64,000 nucleotides of DNA from the human T2T-CHM13v2.0 reference genome, Homo sapiens: NCBI RefSeq assembly GCF_009914755.1, contig NC_060933.1; one strand, given 5' to 3'. A program made the position numbers and the translations under genes. The notes beneath the pieces were generated by a model. That model saw only the letters and a list, made by a program, of their open reading frames with translations, did not search any database and was not told the origin of the DNA. Position 1 is the first letter of the stretch, and every line of letters begins with the position of its first letter. Positions 29,571-44,301 of the stretch are shown piece by piece.

Positions 29571-29752
29571 TTTTTCTTGAAGACCAGGAACTTGTTGTTT
29601 TGCATGATGCATTCTCGGTTGTTTGAGATCTGCTGAAAGATGGTCTTACTGGTTTTGCCCTGGAAGATGATGTTTTCCTGCACCAGGGCCTTGGCACGGC
29701 CCCGCACGGCGATGCCGTAGGCCCGGAACGAGTGGATCCGGTTCTTTATTAC
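29571..29752 (-). CDS. FBXO10: FBXO10 exon 10 (VIKNRIHSFRAYG...FLVFKK)
   Basis: cccAG acceptor, donor GTGAGT at 29570; 182 nt. Confidence 0.95.
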
Positions 29753-30199
29753 CTGGGAGAGGCAGCCAGAGATTGTCACACCTCAGGGATTCACAGACTG
29801 AGTGGGAGAGCTGGGCAAGTGAATTATCAGTTCTAAAACCAAGAGGCAGGAACATGCCAGGCAGGTCAGTGAAGAGCCTATGAGCTCAAAGAAGGGCACC
29901 AAGAACAGCCTGGGGGAGCCAGGGAAGGCTTCCTGGAAGAGGTGATAGGTGAGTTGTAGGCATTTATCAGATGCACAACAGGGAGAGCTGTTGCAGGAAG
30001 GAGAAACAATATGCAAAGGCCTGGCAGAGAGGGGAGGCAGTGTCAGAAGTCAGGGCCACTGGCAACCCAACTGAGACGAAAGTGTGTCCCTCTCTCCCTT
30101 CCTCTGCTCCCACAGTGCTCAGAGGCAAAGCCCCAGCATTTTTACTCTTTGCCTAAAGTCACTAACCCACGAAGCTGCAGAACTGTAAAGAGGCTTTAG

Positions 30200-31041
<842 letters not shown>

Positions 31042-31173
31042 TAGAGCCCTTGGGATCGTAATTCCATAAGGGCAGGAACAAGATCTGTTTGGCTCCACAG
31101 TGAAACGGAGCTCTGCATAGAAAGGTGCTCAGAGCTCAGTCCGGTGGGGAGACAAATAGGTAAAGGAAGAGAT

Positions 31174-31263
31174 ACCAAGCCCTGTGGGGAGTGCTCTGTG
31201 AGGACCAAGCCCTGTGGGGAGTGCTCTGTGAGGACCAAGCCCTGTGGGGAGTGCTCTGTGAGG
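31174..31263. repeat. Perfect 30-bp tandem repeat x3 (ACCAAGCCCTGTGGGGAGTGCTCTGTGAGG)
   Basis: Three identical units read directly from the sequence. Confidence 0.97.
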
Positions 31264-31822
31264 TATGTGTGGACAAAAGCACTAGACAAGAGATAACTCA
31301 AACAGCCTGGGGTGGGAGGTGGGAGCTCAGGGACTCTTCCTGAACAAAGATACAGCTAAGCTGCAGGACTGCAGTGCAAGGGGGGCAGGAGGTATGCAGG
31401 GTATATAGGGAAGAGTGTATGCAAAGGCCCCAAGGCAGGATCTCTCTCTTCATGAAGCATCTACTGTACAGCAGGCACTGTGCATGATTATTCTGTTAAG
31501 GAAAGAGAGCTGAAATAGTCCTGACCTTGACCCGGAGACCATGAAGATAACTCGGGAGGCTCCCAACACCATGACAAGGAGGGGACACCCCATCCCTGGC
31601 TTCCTGCTGGTGAGCCCTTGTTCATCCTTCAGGACTCAGTTTCTCCGTCCCCCCCTGTGGGAAGTCCCACCCACATTTCCCAGGCTGAGTCCTGGCAGGA
31701 GGGATACTGTCCCTTGTAGTGCTGAGTGATTACGGTTCTGTTCTCAGCAGAGGCCACGAGGACTATCCCAGGGTTGTGCCCTGTGTGGGCACCACACGTC
31801 ACACACATGCAGACATACTCAC

Positions 31823-32136
31823 TTTAGTGTCGGACCTGGGCAGCAGCTGCAGCCCGCTGCCCCGGTTGCCAATGATATCGTTTTCAATGACGATGGTGCT
31901 GTCGCCCTTGGTGATAATGCCGTGGCCTCTGTTGTCATAGATACCATTGCCCCGGAGCTCCACTTTGCACTGGGCCTCAACCTTGACCCCACTTTGCCGG
32001 TTGCAGGAGATGCTGTTGTTGGCCACTCGGGTGGGTTGGCTGCTCTGGGCCACAGTAATGCCTCTGTCCCCATTCGCGTGGATCACATTGGTGATGACAT
32101 GCAGTGCCTCGCTGCTCTGGACATAGAGTCCTGAGG
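31823..32136 (-). CDS. FBXO10: FBXO10 exon 9 (ASGLYVQSSEALH...LLPRSDTK)
   Basis: catAG acceptor, donor GTGAGT at 31822; 314 nt. Confidence 0.95.
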
Positions 32137-32605
32137 CTATGGGTGGAAGGGTTGGAAAGCACAGGGGGTCCCAGGGTCAGCCCTGACACCACCAGTCAGG
32201 AAAAGCCTTCCCTGAATTGTGCACTCCGGGAGAACGGAGTGGAGAAGAAGAGGTACCAACACTCAGAAACAACCCTTGAGTTTGCGTCTTCCAAGCTGAT
32301 GAAACAGCAGGAGGAAATCCAGGTGCGTCAACAAAACTCTGGTTCTTCTGCATGAAGTCCTTATTCAGTGTAGCCAGGGAAACACCATGTGAGAAGGCTC
32401 CTCTGGCCTGAGCTCCCACCGTGTGCTTGAATGCCTCCTGCACCACCGCCATCCTACTGCCGCTTACACCTCCCTAACGGGGTGCTCACTGCCGCCTCAA
32501 GGCTGCTCACTCCCCCTCTGGACAGGCAGATCTACTCATTAGAGGGTTTTGCTTTGCTCTCCTTCCTACACTAACCTGGAATCTGCCTCCCTACTGTTTG
32601 GGGAA

Positions 32606-32907
32606 ATTTTCTTTTTTTTTTTTTTGAGACGGAGTCTCGCTCTGTCGCCCAGGTTGGAGTGCGGTGGCGCCATCTCGGCTCACTACAAGCTCCGCCTCCC
32701 GGGTTCACACCATTCTTCTGCCTCAGCCTCCTGAGTGGCTGGGACTACAGGCACCCGCCACCACGCCCGGCTAATTTTTTGTATTTTTAGTAGAGACATG
32801 GTTTCACCGTGTTAGCCAGGATGGTCTCGATCTCCTGACCTCGTGATCCACCTGCCTCGGCCTCCCAAAGTGCTGGGATTACAGGCGTGAGCCACCATGC
32901 CTGGCCG
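32606..32907 (-). mobile_element. AluY-like
   Basis: Diagnostic TTAGCCAGGATGGTCTCGATCTCC; TSD GGAAATTTTCTT. Confidence 0.93.
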
Positions 32908-33512
32908 GAAATTTTCTTCTTAATGTAAGTTCTGTAATTTTGGAGTACAAAAACTTACTAAGCGAGTAATATGTGTCAAAAATGTGTTTGAAATTTGGGA
33001 AAGGAAAACTGACGCTTGCGGTTGTGTGTACTTAGAGACACTAGGTACATGAGGAGAAAAACCCCAAGTCAGCAGGATTAGAGCTCCATGGCTTGTCAGG
33101 AAAAGAAAGCAGGGCAGCCAGACCCGGGGGCGAGGAGAGGAGGGCTCTGCGGTAGGTCCCTCTGCCCACCAACAGCAACAAGGGTTGGGGCAGTGCTGGG
33201 GGAGGTTGTGTGCAGGACAATGACTGGGGCCCTGCAGCAGTGTCTGGAGCCATGAGCCTGCAAGCTCAAATCTCTTGGTGGCACCAGCCTGTTGCTTCTC
33301 CTGGCTTGGTTGAGAACAACAAAAATAAGTATTTGTGAACGTAGGTGGCTTTGCCTGTCGTACCGGACAGACAGCATGGCCACATGGAGGAACCTCTGAC
33401 CTGGGAGGAGACAGAACTCATTTTCTGAATAAGTGGGTTGGGGCTGCTGGTTATCCATCTCCCTGTCCTCTACCACTACCAGAAGCAAGTGCTTACCAGG
33501 CCCAGGAATCTC

Positions 33513-34359
33513 TTTTAATTTTATTTTGTTTTAGAGACAGGGTCTTGCTCTATTGCCCAGGCAGTAGTGCAGTGGCACCATCATAGCTCACTGCAACCTC
33601 GAACTCTGAGTCCTGAGCTCAAGCATCCTCCTACTTCAGCCTCCCTAGTAGTTGGAACTACAGGCATGTACCACCATGCCCAGCTAATCTGAAAAAAATT
33701 TTTTTTTTCTCAGTAGAGATTGAGGTCTCTCTATGTTGCCTAGTCTGGTCTTGAACTCCTAAACTCAAGCGATCCTCCTGCCTTGGCCTCTCAAAGTGTT
33801 AGGGTTACAGGTGTGAGCCACTGCGCCTGGCCCAGGAATCTGTTCTGAATAAGCCTTCCTCCATTTCCCGACCCACCCATCCATCCTACCCTCCCACCCC
33901 CACCCCACAGTGATTTTGATAATCAGGAGGCTTTGGGAGCCCTGGAGTTAGGTGAACTACACAGTAATTTTTTTTTTTTAATTCAAGAAATATCAAACAT
34001 CTTCTACCATCTTTTTTTTTTTTTTTTTTTCCTTTTAAGACAGGGTCTTGCTCCTGTCACTCCTGAGCTCTGAGCACCTAGAATACCGTGGTGCAATCAC
34101 ACCTCACTGCAGCCTTGAACTCCTGGGCTCAAGCGATCCCCCCGCCTCCTGAGTAGCTGGGACCACAGGCACATGCCACCAGATCCAACTAATTTTTCTT
34201 TCTCTACTCCTTCTTCTTCTTTTTTTTTTTTTTTTTTTTTGTAGAAACCAAGTCTTGTTATGTTGCCCAGGCGGGTCTTGAACACCTGGCCTCAAGCAAT
34301 CCCCCAGTCTTGGCCTCCCAAAGTCCTGGGATTACAGGCTTGATCCCTGGCACCTGGCC
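33513..34359 (-). mobile_element. Two AluJ (33513-33832, 34012-34359)
   Basis: Reverse Alu consensus; the first has TSD CCAGGAATCT. Confidence 0.9.
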
Positions 34360-34904
34360 TCCATTTTTCATCAGGTTTAGGATAACATGGATTTAAAACA
34401 CTTTTATTTTCTGCCTCTCTAAGAAGGAAAACTCACTGCCAATTAAACCATGATATGCATCTCGTGGGAGATGTTGAATTTTGAGAAATGTATCCTAGAG
34501 TTGATTAAAAGCATGTGTGCCAGAGGTGGGATTTGGTACTGCAGGGACAGGGGCACTGAGCTGGGTGGGCTTCAGTTCTTTGTCTCAAGTTCATGGCCTA
34601 TCAGTGTTGATGAAACAGCCACAGAAATAAATACAGTCGCGAGGCCTCATAACAAGTGCCAGTGGGGATGGGGAGGGCCCAGTTCAAAGGAGGAAGGAAT
34701 GAAGGGGGATATTCACAACAGGTTTTGAAGTTCAAGTTAGTTTGGGACGTGTGGATGGGAGAAAGGCATGAGTGAGGTCAGCAGGTTAGGAGGCAGGAAA
34801 GAATGGATTCAAGTTTAATGAATAAATACAGGAGGATTGGGGATCAGGCTGGAAGAAGTGGCTGATGAGGCCTGAGGGCAAGTTGGGATCAGTCTGCAGA
34901 AGGC

Positions 34905-35210
34905 CCTGCCTGGCGGCCGCACCGTCTCAAAAATAAGAAGCACCTCTGCTCGGCCGCCCCACCGTCTGGGAAGTGAGGAGCACCTCTCCCTGGCCCCCAC
35001 GCTGTCTGGGAAGTGAGGAGCGCCTCTCCCTGGCCCCCACACTGTCTGGGAAGTGAGGAGCGCCTCTGCCTGGCCGCTGTGCAACCCTCCAAGTGTGAAG
35101 TGGCAACCTTGTGTGTGATTTTTCTGCCCTACCCAGGTTTGCATCTTTGACATTAAAGTTTACTTTTAAATTTAAATTAAATTAAAAGTTTTAAATTGGA
35201 GAAAAAAAAA
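34905..35210 (+). mobile_element. SVA2-type VNTR retroposon (5' truncated) in FBXO10 intron 8
   Basis: Four 40-bp SVA-type units (C[C/T]GTCTGGGAAGTGAGGAGC[A/G]CCTCT...; the first is degenerate) at 34921-35077, then a unique tail GTGCAACCCTCCAAGTGTGAAG...ATTAAAAG and an A-tail; no SINE-R or Alu-like part. Confidence 0.85.
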
Positions 35211-35264
35211 GACAGTGGGGAGCCATGGAAGGTTCTTGAGCAGGGGCTGAGGGGGTATACTCAC

Positions 35265-35534
35265 CTCCATTGTGATTAATACTGTTAGACTCAACAAGAG
35301 CTATGGTGATGGGCCGGCGCAGTGGGTCGTCCTCCTTCTCCAGCTCTGTCTCCCAGAGGATGGCGTCCCCATCCTCGCTGAAGTTCTCTTGAGCCCTGTG
35401 GCCTCGAGGTAACTCGCTGGAGCCATCCTTCTGGCTAAATACTGCCACTCCATACAGGCCATTGTAGCTGACGTGGTTGCTGGTGACATGGGGGAGGCTG
35501 GACGACATCATCCACACACCACAGCCCTTGTTAG
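35265..35534 (-). CDS. FBXO10: FBXO10 exon 8 (ANKGCGVWMMSSSLP...SINHNG)
   Basis: cccAG acceptor, donor GTGAGT at 35264; 270 nt. Confidence 0.95.
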
Positions 35535-36520
35535 CTGGGACAGTGAGAGGAGCTGGTCACCGACACTGAACTCAGGTGAAGCGGCACCTGAGTCTCCCTG
35601 AGAGGGGAAACAAAAGCCACTGGCCTGGGAGAGAGTCCCTGCCTTGCTAATGACCTCGGACAAGCCACCTGATGGCTCTAGCTGCAGACTTCACCTTCAC
35701 ACAAGAGAGGTCATCAGGATCAGGTGAACCTCACAAGCTCGGCTCGTTCCACACAGTGTGAAAGTGCTCTGAGGACTGTCAGGCCACATGTCCACATCAG
35801 AAGCACATGAGCCCACAGTGACAGTGCCAAGGGGGCACCAATCCCTCCCTGCATAGGAGGCAGCCTCAGTTGGAATCCCAGCCCTACCACTTCCCAGCTG
35901 TGAGACCCTGAGCAGGTTACCAGACCTCTCTCTGTCCCTCAGTTTTCTCATCTTTTAAATGGGGTTAATAACCGTGCCTCCTTCAGAAGGCAGTCATGAG
36001 GATTAAATGTGATCATGCATAGAAAGGGCTGAGTAGAGAGGTGGGCCTGAGTCATCTTTATTATTATCACTGTATTATTAGAGATAGAGTCCAGACAGAT
36101 GAAGGCTCTGCCCAAAGTCACTGCGTAAGTGAGAAGAGTTTTCTTCCTGTGATTATCTTGTTTTCCCATTATATTTTCCGTTCTCTGGGATCAAAAGAAA
36201 GGATAAGAGGAGTTAGATGCACATGAGCCAGGGCTGAAATGGTCCTGTCCTTAAGACATGACACAACTCCTGTCTTTTGCTATTTTAAAAGGGGATAAAG
36301 CCTTCTGCTTTGCTAACCCCACGGGGTCAATCTGGACTACAATGTGATTTGTAAGAGGCTCTTTGTTCTGGGAGGGCCTGGGTGACTGTGGCCTGAGAGT
36401 GCCTGTTCAGATGAGGTCTTTGAGGCACAGGGAAAGGCAGTGACCTTCTCAGGACCCACAAGCTGGAGATGGAACCTGGGCTTCCTGCCTCCCCGGCTGG
36501 GTTGGGAACAAGCTCCTCAC

Positions 36521-36673
36521 CGTAGATGGTATTTCCTTCTATGAGGCCTTTGCCTTCGTCTCCCACAACCACACCATCTGAATAGCCAAAGCAGATGAGG
36601 TTACTCCTGAGAACGGGGATCCCTCCACGGCGGATGTCCACACCTCCCCACTGATTCTCACGGATGACATTTT
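36521..36673 (-). CDS. FBXO10: FBXO10 exon 7 (ENVIRENQWGGVDIRRGG...EGNTIY)
   Basis: catAG acceptor, donor GTGAGG at 36520; 153 nt. Confidence 0.95.
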
Positions 36674-36961
36674 CTATGGAGAGAAGCAGAAAAGAAGGTC
36701 AGTACCCAAGGGCCAGCTCCAGTGCTGGCAAATAGGACTTGGACAGTTTTGATCAAGGCTACTCCAGACCAGAAGGCCCTGGCCTTACCCTGCCAGCAAT
36801 TAGCACTGTAAATCTTGTCTGCTGTCTGATGTTTCAGGGACTTATCTGCTGACTCCTTTCCCCAAGGGCAAGGCTTGTGTCTATCTTGTGCACTCCTATC
36901 TCCCCGGCACCTACTATACCCAATGGCCTTGAGGACTGATGATTAAAAATGAACTAGTTTT

Positions 36962-37696
<735 letters not shown>

Positions 37697-38795
37697 CTAG
37701 CCTCACCTGCAATGGCTCAGGAGTCTCTGTGTGACTGGCCTCTTCCTGTCTCCATGTCCCCACTGCAGGCCCCTTGTGCACCACACTCCAGTCCCACAAG
37801 CGATGTCCACTCGGCCATGCCAAGTCTGTTCTCACAGGCGGCCCTACACGGAAGGTTCTTTCCCAGCTCCTCCAGCCACTCCCACTCAGGGTCTGGTTTC
37901 CTTGTCACCTTCTCAGAGGGCTGCCCTGACCACACAATCCCAAATGCCTACCCAGTCCCTCTTTTGCCTTAATTATCCATAGAGCACTTGTCACCCTCAG
38001 ATGGGATGTTTTTTGCTCATATACGTAGGCTTTTATTTATTTATTCGCTTCCTCTCCTAAAATGTCAGTGGCTGACAGCCTCGTTCACTGCTGCACTTGT
38101 AGCTCCTGGAACACGGCCTGTATACCACACGTGCTCAATCCATGTCTGATAAGTTCAGTCAGGGGGATTCCCTGGATCAGTATTTGCGGAATCCCTTTCA
38201 TATCCCAGGCCTGGCTCTGCTCTGTGCTGAGGCTACATTGATGTACCAGATGGACTTGACCCTCACCTTGTGGAATTTACCACTTTATAACAGAGGAGAC
38301 GGACACCACAAACCACTAAGAAATTAAGTCAAAGGCCCTAGAGAGGAGGCATCCTGGGTATAGTGAGTGTATCTGTGTACAATGGGGAAGTCAGGGAAGG
38401 CTTCCCTGAGGAAGTGACAGTTAAGCTAAGACCCAAAGGATAAGCAGGGGTTAGCCGGGCGGAGGTTTCCAGAGCAGGCAGAGGTCCGCACAAAGACCAA
38501 GAGGAGGGATTTGGACAGGTGGTTGGGCATCAGTGCTTCTGAAACTGTTCTGTGAGCCACCTTGTGAGGGCCTGTCGGCTCTGGGCCTGGAAGGAGCAGA
38601 CACCCACTCTGTGTTAGGCCCTCCTGTAAGAAGCACAGCCACCATGCAGCTGGCGTCCCTGAGCTCCAGCCCACCAGTCAGAGAAAGAGGCCATAGTCTG
38701 TGGGGGTAAAGGAGCAGTGTGAGGTCCTGAAGCTGGGGGGTGACGCCAGGGGACCTTGGCCTGGCTGCCAGGTGCCAGGCAGTTCCCATCCGTAC

Positions 38796-38866
38796 CTGTG
38801 ATGAGGCCTTTGCCGTTCTCATTCACTGCTATGCCGGCAGCACGGCCCTTGAAGATGTGGTTCCCG
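38796..38866 (-). CDS. FBXO10: FBXO10 exon 6 (GNHIFKGRAAGIAVNENGKGLIT)
   Basis: tttAG acceptor, donor GTACGG at 38795; 71 nt. Confidence 0.95.
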
Positions 38867-38944
38867 CTAAAGTGGAAGGAAAACAAAACAAAGAGGTGAG
38901 CCCAGGGCATCAATGTCATGCTTCCAGGAGACTGCCTTCTTTCA

Positions 38945-39713
38945 TGGAAACCCTGTCTCTACAAAAAATACAAAAAAATTAGCCGGGTGTGGTGGTGTGC
39001 ACCTGTAGTCCCAGCTTCTTGGGAGGCTGGGGTGGAGGATCACTTGAGCCTCCCTATGGCTCAAGTCCACAGGGGCATAAAAGCATTTCCTAAAGTCCCT
39101 TTATAAGCCAGGCATATAGAAATGTTTAGTTGTCACTGGGACAGCTTGACCAAAAACTAAACCCCCAACTATGCTATACACGCACAATGATATCCAGTTC
39201 ACTGTAGCCTCACTTGACTGTCATCTACATATATACCCATGCATATATATATACATTTTTTTTTTTGAGGTCTTGCTCTGTTGCCCATGCTGGAGTGCAG
39301 TGGCACAATCTCAGCTCACTGCAACCTCCACCTCCTGGGTTCAAGCGATGTTCGTGCCTCAGCCTGGATTACACGTGTGCGCCACCACATCCAGCTAATT
39401 TTTTGTACTTTTTGTAGAGATGGGGTTTTGCTACGTTGCCCAGGCTGGTCTCGAACTCCTGGCCTCAAGTGACCCATCCGCCTCAGCCTCCTAAAGTGCT
39501 GGGATTACAGGCATGAGCCACCGCGCCTGGCCTTATATGTATTTTATCCAACCCTCAAATGTTTGAACCAGAAAATGTTTACAATTTTTTTGTTTAAGAC
39601 ATGGGTTCTCGCTATGTTGCTCAGGCTAGCCTCAACCTCTTGCACTCAAGTGATCCTCCCACCTCAGCCTCCCAAGTAGCTGGGACTACCAGCATGAGTA
39701 ACTGAGCCCTGGC
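38945..39713. mobile_element. Alu fragments: + 38945-39050; - 39256-39532; - monomer 39585-39713
   Basis: Alu consensus. Confidence 0.88.
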
Positions 39714-40221
39714 ATATTTTTACTACAAATCTCACCTCCAGAAAGGATCCGTGGCCACCTGGAGAAGTGTGTGTATGTGTGTACATGGGGCAAGCAGAAT
39801 AAAGATACAGGAGGGATGAGAAAACACTTAGAAGAAGGGGACAGATCAGTGTACCAAGAGCCCAGGATGGGATATTAACTGCAGATGAGCACAATTTGAG
39901 TCCTGTGCTTCTCTGCATCCAAGGAAAAAAGAGAAACATATATAACATATAAAAAGACAAAAAATATAACTTTCTGTGGCAAAAATAGATCCTATGGTTT
40001 GTCTCATCCAGGCCATTACAGGGATCTTAAACTTCATTCCGTATCCTGCTCCAGACTCTTATCTCTCATTGCAAAGAAACAAAGGAAAAAAGCACAACCT
40101 ATTCTCTCAAGATGACTATGTTTTAAAAACCCAACACTGATCTACTTATGATATTCCTCACCCAAAACTCTTTCATGGTTCCCCAGCATCCCCAAGGTAA
40201 AGCCCAGACTTTTCAGCTTGG

Positions 40222-41052
<831 letters not shown>

Positions 41053-42809
41053 GCTTGGCATTCAAGGTCCTCTGCCGTCCAGCAACAACCTGCCTTTGCA
41101 CTATCCCTCTGGTATCTCGTGTCCAAACACACCACATTTCTCACCATTTTCTCAGACATACCCTGAATTTCACTGCCTCTGGCCCAGAATGCCTTTTCCC
41201 TGGCCATAAAATCCTATTTATCTTTCAAGCACAACTCAAATGTCAGCTCCCTGACATGCTCAGCTGAGATCACGGCTGAGTTCCTTGGTCAGTCTGCATG
41301 AATGCCTAGTAAAGTGCTCATTTTGGTGAGTCTTCCATCATGGCTGTGTGAGTGTGTGTCCATCTCCAGCATAAGACTGTCAACTCCATGGGGCAGGCAG
41401 GGACTGTTCTTGTACATGTTGTATATCACTGCCCCCTTATATAGAGTGGCTGGAATGTGTGTTCAATGAACAGCACACACACATACAAATACACACTCTT
41501 CTGTTCAGGCAATAATGCAGAAGAAGGGAAAGAGCTCTATGACCACTAATTGTTTTTAGTAAGCTGTCTGTAACAGTGAAAAATAGGATTATATTCCGTA
41601 ATTTTTGAACCAGCAATTAGGTCTGGTTCAAAAATTATGGCATATCGAAATACTGGAATATGGTGAAACTTTCCAAAGTGATGAATGTAAAGGCCATGCA
41701 TGCAACAACATGGAGACAAAGTACCTATGGAATAATGCTGGGGGAAAGCGCTCTGAATATACTTGCTGCCCATTAATGCCAGCTATTCTCCTAAAGCACA
41801 GACATAACTGTGTGAGTCTTCTGCTCAGAGCCTTTAATGAGTCCCCGCTGTGTAGACAGAATAGGCTCCCCCGCCTCAGCTTGGTCTACATAAGGCCTTC
41901 CTCATCTGGCCCAAGCCTTTCTTTCCATCATTCCTTTCCACTCTGCTGTGTGGCACAGATGGTCTGCCGCAAGGACGTCAAGGGTCACACTGCAGTGACC
42001 ACAGGGCCCAAGATATTCTGGGACCATCCCAATTTAAAATATTCTATAGCACTGTCACACCATGTCAGATTTTTTCTCAAGCCACCGTCAACGGTTTGCT
42101 AACCCCTGAATCTGCTGTGCCCTGCTGCCTTTGCTCATGCTGTTCCATTACTAGGAACATCCACCGACCCCTCCCTACCCCTATCTCCATGAGTCCAAGT
42201 CTTACCCATATTCCAAAGTCTGACTCTGATGCTACCTCCTAAATGAGGCCTTCCCACATCCTCCTAGTCAGAATGAGTCTCTCCTTCTGGTACCACTCTG
42301 ACAGCATTTATCACAGTCTGCCCCATACTAGAGCTGGGATGGCAGACAGGGTCCCAGGACTGCCACTGCTGCCTCCCACCTATCACTTATATCAGTCCCT
42401 GACCACAGCATGCTTTTGTGCTGAGGCCAGGTGCAGCACCAGGATGTTGACACAGCACCCCCAGGCACCACTAGCAAGTAACTGAAACTGTTAGGTGAGC
42501 TGAAATCTCTGTTCCATCCCTGCCTGGGGGTACTTCTGTGCCCATTTCTCCAGGCTAGAGTAAGCTCCCAGGGAGCAGAGCCTGCCCATGTTGGAAGTGC
42601 TCAGTAGTGACTGCCGAATAGAACGCCTACACGGAGTTCACTGGAAGGGCACATAAACACAAAAGCCGCTGTGTTACTGGGGTGGGATGATGAGTGAAGT
42701 CTCTTCTCTGCTTGCATCTGTACAGTTGTTTCCGTAAAGAGTGTTTTCAAATGGAGGAGAGACAGGGAGGAGGTTAACAAAGATGAAGGAGGGAAACAGC
42801 AGCACACAC

Positions 42810-42946
42810 CTCACAACGGGGTTTCCGTGGTACAGGATGTAAATGCCAGCCTCCTTATTGGAAAAGATTTGATTGTTCCGGATGATGCCTTTCCCATTGC
42901 CAAGGACGACAATGCCAGAGCGAAGGCCATGGTGGATCTGGTTACA
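42810..42946 (-). CDS. FBXO10: FBXO10 exon 5 (CNQIHHGLRSGIVVLG...GNPVV)
   Basis: gcAG acceptor, donor GTGTGT at 42809; 137 nt. Confidence 0.95.
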
Positions 42947-43489
42947 CTGCAAGTGAAAATGAGACACCACAGAAGCCAGATCAGACACGTCAGCGAAGCA
43001 GAGTGCCCAGGTGCCGCCCACACCTCCGCGGCAGGATGAACACAGTGGAGAAAATGACGTCACTGTAAGAGCCCTAGCCCGTGACAAAGGGAATGGGTCA
43101 CACTGCCGCCCTGCCCTTCCTGCACCAGTACACACATGAAAACCTGTAAGGGAGACTATGAAGACTGGAGTCTTCGCTGCCCAGCCTCTTAGGAGGGCTC
43201 TTGGTCTTCACCTGCAAGGCAGGCTACTGAAAGTTTCAGAGCCTCTAATGAGTCCCCTAAACACATAATCATTTGGCCAGGCCATAACTTCTAGGGTCCA
43301 GGGAGGCCATCTCTTGAGGAAAGGCAGCACCCCAGTGCAACCAAATGTTGGCCAACTGCAGTCCTAAAGGGGCCACATCCAGAGAGGGGTCACAGTTGTT
43401 TGACTTCTAGTCCTTTCTCATTTAGGGAGGGCCAGCGGAAGATGCAGACACTGGGGGGCCAAGCTGTCCCATGGGGCATAAGGTCTTAG

Positions 43490-43672
<183 letters not shown>

Positions 43673-44301
43673 TAATATCTCTTTGTGCGAATGGGAAAAC
43701 AGGCCCACGATTATATAGTACATTTGTGGAAAAGCCAGATCTGAAATCTAGTTTTTCTCTTTCCCATTCCAGTTAGTTGCTTTTGCACAGTGACTTAATA
43801 TTTTTAGATTAGAATAATAATAAAATTATCTCACTCTAAGTTAATTTATAGCTGAAGTCCAATTCTATACTTTGTAAATTGGGAAGTTAGCTGTATCTCT
43901 TCCAAAATGATTTCGCAGAAATAAAGTTCTAGTTGGCTTTAAAGTGTTTCGTGTGCAAACTCTCCTTATTCTTACTCTTTCCAGATTTTTCCTGAAGGAT
44001 CTGGCAGGCTCATCAGAGCAACCACTGCCTAAGAGAAGTCCCGCACAGGGCTGAAGAGCTCCAAAAGGAGTATGCAGCAGCATTTCCATCCCTACACCCT
44101 TTCACAACGCCAGGACTAAAATATACCACTCCCTTCCCCCTCCACCTGCTATCCCTCTGTCCTCAGAAGGGCAAACCCCTCATCTCTCTAGCCAGAGGGG
44201 CAATAATTTCCTAAGCCAAAGCCATGCATCAACCACCAGCTGCATGGTAGAAACACAGTGAGGGGAAGGGGTTGGCAGGAGACACTGGCTAGCTGTGTGT
44301 A

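Noticed and set aside
31174-31263. 30-bp direct repeats as a possible CRISPR array
   Set aside because: No spacers (head-to-tail units), eukaryotic intron, no cas genes
34921-35077. VNTR as part of a canonical SVA_A-F element
   Set aside because: No SINE-R (HERV-K env/LTR) follows the VNTR; the tail fits SVA2
41540-41580. Weak resemblance to an antisense U7 snRNA 5' end (CTGTAACAGTG)
   Set aside because: Too short; no Sm site or 3' stem match, so no RNA gene was called
41605-42102. 165-aa ORF antisense to FBXO10
   Set aside because: Non-ATG start, crosses old repeat fragments, no protein-like motifs
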